From IMG/VR virus record IMGVR_UViG_3300035698_023946: a DNA stretch of 64,000 nt, one strand, 5' to 3'. The translations under genes and the position numbers were made by a program. The DNA comes from an uncultured virus (IMG/VR IMGVR_UViG_3300035698_023946). Taxonomy: Duplodnaviria > Heunggongvirae > Uroviricota > Caudoviricetes. The number at the start of each line of letters is the position of its first letter. Positions within the stretch are counted from its first letter, which is position 1. Positions 57,181-64,000 of this stretch are shown piece after piece. The notes beneath the pieces were generated by a model. The model was not told where the DNA came from. It made no database searches and saw only the letters and a list, made by a program, of their open reading frames with translations.

Positions 57181-57439
57181 GTTTGTAGGATATCTCTTCT
57201 TTCTTCCTGTCGTAATTCACAAACCACATACTCTGTTTATCATTTACAGTTGAATTACATATGGATATATGTACTTCACTCATACTTAAAAACATATTAT
57301 CAAAAAAAAGATTAAGAGTATGTTTCCCGTGATCTGCATAAACTTTATTGCCTCTATATTTATGCACATCTGTTCCATGAATCCAAAAATCATCTTTACC
57401 AGATTTTTCAATCAAAGAATTATGTAGCTTGAGTAACAT
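57164..57439 (-). CDS. Hypothetical protein
   Basis: 91-aa ORF, TAATG-coupled to the upstream gene. Confidence 0.65.
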   Translation of the reverse strand: MLLKLHNSLIEKSGKDDFWIHGTDVHKYRGNKVYADHGKHTLNLFFDNMFLSMSEVHISICNSTVNDKQSMWFVNYDRKKEEISYKHVEFG

Positions 57440-58272
57440 TAATCATTTGTCCTCACTTCACTCTGTCTGTTTGGACCGAAAGATAAACCACACAACCATT
57501 CTGCAATATCTCTCCTATTCCCCGGAACACCAAAACAACTCTCAGCACGATTCCAAACATCTTCTAAAGGAAAAAGATTAAAGTGATTCATTCTAGATGT
57601 TTTTGAAATATCTTGACCTTGACTATCTAAAATTCTAGGATGTAAAAAGATATCATATTCAGGAAAACTTAAAACATCTCTCCAAAAAGAATATAGTTCA
57701 AAAGGATTAGTATGGTTATCTAATAAAAAACTATACGGATGATAAAGACTATCATCAACAACTTGACAATTTGTTTTTAAAACATATGAAACTACCTCAT
57801 GCATGAAATATGGATTCCACAACATTTCATCAACAGGAAGATTTCCTTTTTTATCAGAAGTGTTCATTTTATAAAAACATCTCAATACATCAAATAAAGG
57901 AACGCCATTCACAGATTTATGAAAATGTTTTTCTGGGATACAATAAAGTATTCCCTTGCTAATAATAGTTTCGTTTTCTAACTCTAAAAACTTTTCATGA
58001 GCTACTTTAGAATAAATGTTATCACTAAATTTTCCACAATTCTTAAAGTAAGGGAACAATTCTTCAATAGTTTTGACAATTCTTTCAGTTATTTTATTCA
58101 TCGAAGATGGATTAAAAAACCCATCATACAGATTCCAGTAATTCACCTGAATATCATCAATCACGAATCCGACATCTTCACCATCTTTGTCAGCCAAATA
58201 GTCGATCAAACACATTGACGCTAAATGTCCTAGATGAAGATCGCCAGAGGCGGTAGGCATGAATCGATACAT
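57439..58272 (-). CDS. Class I aminoacyl-tRNA synthetase (GluRS/GluQ-like) catalytic-domain-only protein
   Basis: RFMPTASGDLHLGH (HIGH), FVIDD, HPRILDSQGQDISKT (KMSKS-like). Confidence 0.75.
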   Translation of the reverse strand: MYRFMPTASGDLHLGHLASMCLIDYLADKDGEDVGFVIDDIQVNYWNLYDGFFNPSSMNKITERIVKTIEELFPYFKNCGKFSDNIYSKVAHEKFLELENETIISKGILYCIPEKHFHKSVNGVPLFDVLRCFYKMNTSDKKGNLPVDEMLWNPYFMHEVVSYVLKTNCQVVDDSLYHPYSFLLDNHTNPFELYSFWRDVLSFPEYDIFLHPRILDSQGQDISKTSRMNHFNLFPLEDVWNRAESCFGVPGNRRDIAEWLCGLSFGPNRQSEVRTND

Positions 58273-58281
58273 ATCGGTCCC

Positions 58282-59307
58282 TTATCTCAAATTGTCTAAA
58301 CTCCAATGCTCGTCTGTTATTGAATCGGTGAAACCAACATCCTTATAACACTCTTTAGAATAAATTTTATTGATTTGACGAACACCTTCTATATCTCCAT
58401 CTCGAATCAAATCGATCACCATCCTTACAACATCCATTCTTTCTTTCTTGACATCTTTATATCCGATCCTAGTCAATCTGTCAGTTTTTTCAAAGGTACT
58501 TTCATTAACAAACATTGAAACAAAATCATAATTGTTCAAGTATGCCGTCGTTGCAGTTGTTGGAAATCCAAAAACACCCATGGCCCCCCACCCGATCTTA
58601 CATGAAAATTGTCGCTTCATAGAATTCTGTTCAAGAATGACTGATGGTAAATATTTACAATCATGTATTCCTTGTGTCGGACAATATAAATGTAAATCAA
58701 TTCCAGATTTTTCAGCATACGAACATATCTCCACATTGTCCAATTCATGCTTATATTTAGCGTTTGCTCCAAATCCGGGGCACATCATTGTCGCCAGCTG
58801 TTTGTCAAACCCATGTTTTAAAGCCAAATCCATTAAGCACTTATGAAACCCCATCCAAGCATCATGATTTTCAAGAAATTTTCCTTCCAATACCTCTTGA
58901 GTATTTCTGATAGGAAATGTACTTTCTTCAGACGTTGCCAATTTAATCATGTAGACATCTATGTCAAAATCTTTCATAGAGATCATGACATTTTCAGACC
59001 TTGACACAAGCAAACTCATTTCTGTTTGATTTATCATATGATTGCTATCATGCCATAAAACAGATTTAAAACTACCATCTTCCATCCTGTTCAACTTAGA
59101 AACGCATGTAGGAAAGGCGATTATTCCAAAACCTCGTTCCTTTATGGGATCATGAACGAATTCCATCAACTCACAAGCAACAATGATGTCATCAAAACCA
59201 CTCTCTTTCATTCGATCAAGATATCGATACAATTCATCATAATCGATGACTCCATCGACCATGTGTTTATACCATATATCTAAATTAGTAGTGACGAACT
59301 TCATCAA
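58282..59307 (-). CDS. Hypothetical protein (alpha/beta, possibly TIM-barrel enzyme)
   Basis: 341-aa ORF with ATGA overlap to pyrG; LDRMKESGFDDIIV. Confidence 0.7.
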   Translation of the reverse strand: MMKFVTTNLDIWYKHMVDGVIDYDELYRYLDRMKESGFDDIIVACELMEFVHDPIKERGFGIIAFPTCVSKLNRMEDGSFKSVLWHDSNHMINQTEMSLLVSRSENVMISMKDFDIDVYMIKLATSEESTFPIRNTQEVLEGKFLENHDAWMGFHKCLMDLALKHGFDKQLATMMCPGFGANAKYKHELDNVEICSYAEKSGIDLHLYCPTQGIHDCKYLPSVILEQNSMKRQFSCKIGWGAMGVFGFPTTATTAYLNNYDFVSMFVNESTFEKTDRLTRIGYKDVKKERMDVVRMVIDLIRDGDIEGVRQINKIYSKECYKDVGFTDSITDEHWSLDNLR

Positions 59308-60968
59308 ACTTCATTCCTACTTATACGATTAAGGAAAGCCATGAAAAGAGGATGAGGATAAAGGAATTTACTCTTATACTCAGGATGATATTGAGTTCCG
59401 ATGAACCATGGGTCATCGGAAGTTTTCGCACTATCTAATTCCATGGCCTCTACTAATCCATCTTCATTCACAGCAACGACCTTTAACCGGTACTCTGCTA
59501 ACTGTGGAACAAATTCATTATTAATCTCATATCTATGACGATGCCTCTCGCTAATATATGGTTGTTTATTCTCATCGACAAGGACTTTGTTGATTCCTGT
59601 GCCATACTTCATATATGCTTTTAAAAAGTCAGAAGAACTATCGATAAGATTAGCTCGATACGCTCCGAGCCTCATCGTTCCACTTCTTTCGGTAACTTCC
59701 TTTTGACATTCCATTAAGTGAACTAAAGGTGTTCCTGGTCGTTCTTCTAGAAACTCTTCATATGTCGCATCTTTAATTCCGACAATTTCTCTTGCAAATG
59801 CGACCACAGAAGTTTGCAAACCCAAACACAAACCTAAACATGGCAAGGAATGATAATAAGCGTACAGGAAAGAGTCCTCTTTATCTTCCACTCCTCTAAA
59901 TCCAAACCCTCCAGGGATGATTATGCCGTCACAATCAATATCCCTAGACTCTCCGTAATACTTAATTTCGGCATCAATTCCTATAGAAATCGCTGACTGG
60001 TAAATGGCTTCAGCGATGCTCTTATATGAATCCGTGACGTCTGTATATTTCCCAAAAATTCCAATTCGTTTGGACGAACCGGTCTTAACATCTATTCTGC
60101 TGACTTTGTCAAGCCACTCTGTGTTTCTTTTGTCAAAATCGACATCCATCCTAAAATGCCTAAAGATAGATTTAGAAAGATCGTTCCAATGATGTACTGG
60201 AATTCTATATACAGGACTAGTATCGTCCATATAAATGATATCTCGTCTGTTTACATTGCAAAACATAGAAAGCTTTTCGGCCATTCCTTCAAGTTTACTG
60301 CTTATAACTCCTTTTTCGATTCTACAAAGAAGCAGGTCTAAAGAAACTCCCAACGCTCTCAATTCTTCACAAGACTTTTGAACTGGTTTTGTTTTAAATT
60401 CATCAGCTGATTGCATTTTATGAATAACCGCAAGATGGCAAAAACAAACTCGCCTTTCATCTCGATCAAAAGATGATCCGATCTGCCTAATCGCTTCAAT
60501 GATAGGCATGCTTTCCATATCTCCAACAGTACCGCCGATTTCAACAATTACGAAATCCACATCATCATCATGACCTTCTAAAATCCTTTTCTTGATTTCA
60601 TTAGTTACATGAGGAATTACAGTGACACAATCACCATCATACTCTCCCTTCTTTTCTTTCGTGATGACTTCTTCATAAACAGACCCCATCGTTGCGATAA
60701 CATTTTTATCTATCTTTGCATTGGTGAATCTGGAATAATGCCCTAAATCTAAATCAGTCTCTGCTCCATCGTCAGTCACATAAACTTCGCCATGCTGACT
60801 TGGATTCATTGTTCCGGCATTAGAGTTGATGTAACCATCGACCTTACGAAAAGAAATCTTAAATCCAAACGACTCTAAAAGAGTTCCTATCGTCGCACTT
60901 GTAATGCCTTTTCCAAGACTCGAATTCACCCCACCGGTCACAAAAATATATCTCGGTTGTTTTTCCAT
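59304..60968 (-). CDS. pyrG: CTP synthase
   Basis: TGGVNSSLGKG, GTMNP.QHGE, ETDLDLG, EIGGTVGD, PGGFG, GLCLGLQ, ERHRHRYE, QYHPE. Confidence 0.97.
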   Translation of the reverse strand: MEKQPRYIFVTGGVNSSLGKGITSATIGTLLESFGFKISFRKVDGYINSNAGTMNPSQHGEVYVTDDGAETDLDLGHYSRFTNAKIDKNVIATMGSVYEEVITKEKKGEYDGDCVTVIPHVTNEIKKRILEGHDDDVDFVIVEIGGTVGDMESMPIIEAIRQIGSSFDRDERRVCFCHLAVIHKMQSADEFKTKPVQKSCEELRALGVSLDLLLCRIEKGVISSKLEGMAEKLSMFCNVNRRDIIYMDDTSPVYRIPVHHWNDLSKSIFRHFRMDVDFDKRNTEWLDKVSRIDVKTGSSKRIGIFGKYTDVTDSYKSIAEAIYQSAISIGIDAEIKYYGESRDIDCDGIIIPGGFGFRGVEDKEDSFLYAYYHSLPCLGLCLGLQTSVVAFAREIVGIKDATYEEFLEERPGTPLVHLMECQKEVTERSGTMRLGAYRANLIDSSSDFLKAYMKYGTGINKVLVDENKQPYISERHRHRYEINNEFVPQLAEYRLKVVAVNEDGLVEAMELDSAKTSDDPWFIGTQYHPEYKSKFLYPHPLFMAFLNRISRNEV

Positions 60969-60969
60969 T

Positions 60970-61803
60970 TCAATCTGCTCCTTCGTTTTCCCAACGAATT
61001 ATATCTGATAAACTTTTCCCAGCTGGGTTTTCAAGATGAACTCCAGTATGTGCATAATATAAACAAAGAACGGCGGCGAGATCGAAAAAACCACATAAGT
61101 AAATTCCATCTTCTTCAATTTCTTGCTTATGCAAATAAAAGTTATGATAATCTCTATCCAAAATAACTATTGATGACAAATATTCAATCATCTTCACATC
61201 AAGATCTTCCTCTGAATCAGCAAAGAACATTTTTACGACACATGGGTTCCACGCTCTAGAATTCGGAACAATGACCATGTATGAAACATACGAATCCTTT
61301 TTTAAGGCACCATAGTTACCAGTCATATCGATTTGGGAAGTAGACCTGATACCGAAATGCTTTACCAAATAATTTCCATTGAATCGGCCAAAAATGGCGT
61401 CCGAATAATCGAAAAAGCCTTTATCAACTAATTTGTATTTGACATTTCTTTCGAGCGGAGAAGTCGAATGAATTATCGAGATTTCCTCCTCTTCCTCTTC
61501 TTCTTCATCTTCTGCAAAAAAGTCAAAATCAGGGTCTGCCGCAACGTAGTCAATTTCATCAATACCCATGACAAGATCATGTTCTTCGGATAAATGTTTT
61601 ACCCGTGGGCCAATGAAAAACGTTTTATCTTTCAATGTATTAATATTGACCCCCCATATACCAGTACTTTTGTAAAGCAAAAGGTCTAAGTCATCGCACA
61701 TATGTATGATGTCTTTTTCTTGAACGTCAGCCACCTTCTCAAAAAATGGAACTGCGCTTCTTAGTAATTCTGGTTGGGAGGGAATGAGCTTGTAATGGTG
61801 CAT
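60970..61803 (-). CDS. Hypothetical protein with poly-Glu tract
   Basis: 277-aa ORF. Confidence 0.7.
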   Translation of the reverse strand: MHHYKLIPSQPELLRSAVPFFEKVADVQEKDIIHMCDDLDLLLYKSTGIWGVNINTLKDKTFFIGPRVKHLSEEHDLVMGIDEIDYVAADPDFDFFAEDEEEEEEEEISIIHSTSPLERNVKYKLVDKGFFDYSDAIFGRFNGNYLVKHFGIRSTSQIDMTGNYGALKKDSYVSYMVIVPNSRAWNPCVVKMFFADSEEDLDVKMIEYLSSIVILDRDYHNFYLHKQEIEEDGIYLCGFFDLAAVLCLYYAHTGVHLENPAGKSLSDIIRWENEGAD

Positions 61804-62419
61804 TTTTTTTCAACTCCATACTTTTTTTATCAGATACCACATCTATTAACTTTATAGAATCCGGATCATAATCTTCTTCATCATACATCTTATCAATAGT
61901 TTTATAATGACTCAGTATAAAATCTAATGTTTCTTCAGAAGCGTCTATTTCGATCATCTCTCTAAACCGTGTCATAATTGTGGACACTTTACAATCGAAT
62001 TTCTTTATCTCTTCTTTCATCTCAGAAAGAGTAATTCCCTTAGAATCGAATAGTTGCAAAAACTTTTCCAACTCCCTTATCATTAATCCATCATCTTCTT
62101 CTTTAGACCAGCCTAAACTGATTCCATAATTTTCCTCAATATATTCTAAAACCTCTTGCCAAGAACTTATTCCATTAACTTGCTTAATCAGCTCAATTTG
62201 ATCCCCTCCCTTCTTACAGCCAAAACAATGCCACAAGTTCTCTTCAAAATCAATCGAACAAGAAGGAGTGTTCTCTCTATGAATAGGACATAAAACCATT
62301 TCCGTTGACGATCTTTTGGAATATTCTATTCCAAAATCTTTCAAAACATCTTCAATAGAAATTATGTTTTTAATCTTTTGTGCAAGTTCTTTTGAAACTT
62401 TAAAATCTTTAGTATCCAT
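61739..62419 (-). CDS. CHC2 zinc-finger protein (primase zinc-binding domain without TOPRIM)
   Basis: LCPIHRENTPSC ... WHCFGC..GGD.I. Confidence 0.88.
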   Translation of the reverse strand: MDTKDFKVSKELAQKIKNIISIEDVLKDFGIEYSKRSSTEMVLCPIHRENTPSCSIDFEENLWHCFGCKKGGDQIELIKQVNGISSWQEVLEYIEENYGISLGWSKEEDDGLMIRELEKFLQLFDSKGITLSEMKEEIKKFDCKVSTIMTRFREMIEIDASEETLDFILSHYKTIDKMYDEEDYDPDSIKLIDVVSDKKSMELKKNAPLQAHSLPTRITKKRSSIF

Positions 62420-62446
62420 TTTCGTGTCTGTTTTATTTTAGTCCGT

Positions 62447-64000
62447 TCAGGTAGAATCGTCAAGAAGGTCGTCTACTGACCGTAGGCCCTGGAGTTCTCT
62501 CATATCCGACAACAAGACCTCGTCATCATCTGGCTCACTTTTCTTAACGGAAACTCCAGTAGTCAGCTCTTCCTCGTCTTCTTTTGACAAAAAAGCCTCC
62601 AACCCGTACTTGTCAGTCACCTCTTCAACTTCAGAAGAGATTTCACTTCCGGTGAGCGTCAACGATTCTGAAGTGGTTCCCTCAATCACAAATTCAGGAT
62701 CTCTAAAAGCACAAATATCCCTTTCGAATCTTAAGGGGATATGAATATCGGCAACACCGTTTCTGTTCTTAACTATTTTCAAATTGCATTGACACTTATC
62801 CTGATTGCTCATCTCAATTCCAAACATCGAATCAGAATCTTGAAATATTTGATCTGATTGACTGATGTCTTCACCAAAAATCTCAGTAACTCTAACTCCC
62901 TTTTTTTCTTTCACGGCTGTAGATTTAACTTGAGAAGCGGCAACGATGGGGATATGCCACTTCTTTGCTACGGCTCTCAAATCTTTTGTCACTGTTCCAA
63001 ATTCCATATCTATTCTAGCACCATATCTTTCACCCGGCTTGATGAGAGAAATTTGATCGACAAAAACAATATCAGGGACCCAGGTTTGAAAATGATTCTC
63101 AACAATCATCTCTATATTTGAAACAGAAAATTTTCTAGCTCCTAACTGGAGAATGGCATATCTTCCACCATCTGGCTGATTTTCACAATTCTTTTTCATC
63201 TCCTTCTTATATGCAATCAGTCTATCAGATTCTTCATCCGTCACCTGTCCCCTAATGATAGAAGTCAATGGAATCCCTGTTTCCGAACTACTTATCTTAT
63301 GAGACCACATCAACATGTCATCTTCACAAGAAACAATGAGCACTTTTTTACCATGAAGACATTGCAACCAAGACATGCACTTCATAAGCGTACTCTTACC
63401 CGTTGCAGGCCGACCTGCGACAACATTTAACGTCCCTTTCTCGAAACCATTGAACCAATGATCGACAGAAGGATAGTAAGTAGGTATCCCTGCATATTTT
63501 TCAGGATTTTCTTTACGTAATCGTATGTCTTCTAACTGAGGTTCTATTTCATTAATGAAATCTAATACTTGCCATTCTCTCTCCTCTATATTGTGCTGTA
63601 GTGAAAGAAGTTTTTTGGTAAGATTTTTTACAGTTTCTCCAAAAGACTCTGTACCCTTCTTTCTTTCTTCCATAAATTCAACAACTAACTCGCCGGTTTT
63701 TTTAGAAAGTGCATCATCTTTGAATTTATTGAAATAGTAATCAAAAGATTCATCATCTGGACAAGAATCGTAAATACTATTGAAAAATGTTTCGTATTCA
63801 TGATAAGTCTCAGGATCGATTTTAGAAGAATTTCTAACATCTTCCATGTATACAGATTTTGTCAGTAAATTAGTAGTATTGTAATAATAATGAACGGCCA
63901 TTTCAAAAAGATCACGAACACCTTCATTGATAAACCATTCCGGCTGTATATTCCCACTAACAGCCGTCTCAATCAATTCCTTACTTCGGAATAGATACGA
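62447..64000 (-). CDS. dnaB: Replicative DnaB-like helicase (start probably beyond the right edge)
   Basis: GIPT, AGRPATGKS, FVDQI, ASQ, QDSD, KNRNG; frame stays open to 64000. Confidence 0.92.
   Translation of the reverse strand, partial: SYLFRSKELIETAVSGNIQPEWFINEGVRDLFEMAVHYYYNTTNLLTKSVYMEDVRNSSKIDPETYHEYETFFNSIYDSCPDDESFDYYFNKFKDDALSKKTGELVVEFMEERKKGTESFGETVKNLTKKLLSLQHNIEEREWQVLDFINEIEPQLEDIRLRKENPEKYAGIPTYYPSVDHWFNGFEKGTLNVVAGRPATGKSTLMKCMSWLQCLHGKKVLIVSCEDDMLMWSHKISSSETGIPLTSIIRGQVTDEESDRLIAYKKEMKKNCENQPDGGRYAILQLGARKFSVSNIEMIVENHFQTWVPDIVFVDQISLIKPGERYGARIDMEFGTVTKDLRAVAKKWHIPIVAASQVKSTAVKEKKGVRVTEIFGEDISQSDQIFQDSDSMFGIEMSNQDKCQCNLKIVKNRNGVADIHIPLRFERDICAFRDPEFVIEGTTSESLTLTGSEISSEVEEVTDKYGLEAFLSKEDEEELTTGVSVKKSEPDDDEVLLSDMRELQGLRSVDDLLDDST

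Noticed and set aside
1..64000. Stop-codon reassignment as in some large phages
   Set aside because: Conserved genes are full length in the standard code, and TAA, TAG and TGA all occur as stops at tightly packed gene ends.
1..64000. tRNA, rRNA or other structured RNA genes
   Set aside because: Intergenic gaps are under about 100 bp and none showed cloverleaf or T-loop features by eye; a covariance-model scan was not possible.

Overview
This window is a 64 kb segment of a large (jumbo/huge-type) AT-rich tailed dsDNA phage genome. All credible genes lie on the minus strand, are densely packed and translate in the standard code. In reading order (right to left) it encodes a bacterial-type replisome: DnaB, a primase split across two distant genes, a two-gene DnaE, the beta clamp, DnaX and a delta-like subunit. 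Recombination genes include an SSB, RecA, a Cas4-like exonuclease, an intein-containing Ski2-like helicase and RuvC. Nucleotide enzymes are PyrG, ThyX, class II RNR, GuaB, a divergent PurA, a dNMP kinase and an HD hydrolase. There are also two sigma-like factors, a proteostasis set (intein-containing ClpC, ClpP, McsA-like protein, GroES), terminase, and a post-terminase block with a trypsin-like protease, a lone receiver protein and two CCA-type nucleotidyltransferases. The most unusual items are: (1) two tandem free-standing intein/LAGLIDADG-derived proteins that have lost all splicing and nuclease catalytic residues; (2) two CCA-family enzymes whose EDxxR templating motif is replaced by NNPxI; (3) a catalytic-domain-only GluRS-like enzyme beside pyrG; (4) a PurA lacking the catalytic His; (5) a split DnaE with a duplicated junction segment; (6) a 57-bp palindrome with perfect 28-bp arms; (7) a 61-bp promoter/RBS duplication flanking an inserted ORF; (8) an RBS-occluding hairpin in front of ruvC. 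No tRNA, rRNA or CRISPR array was seen. All family calls come from recognising motifs by eye; no database searches were run.
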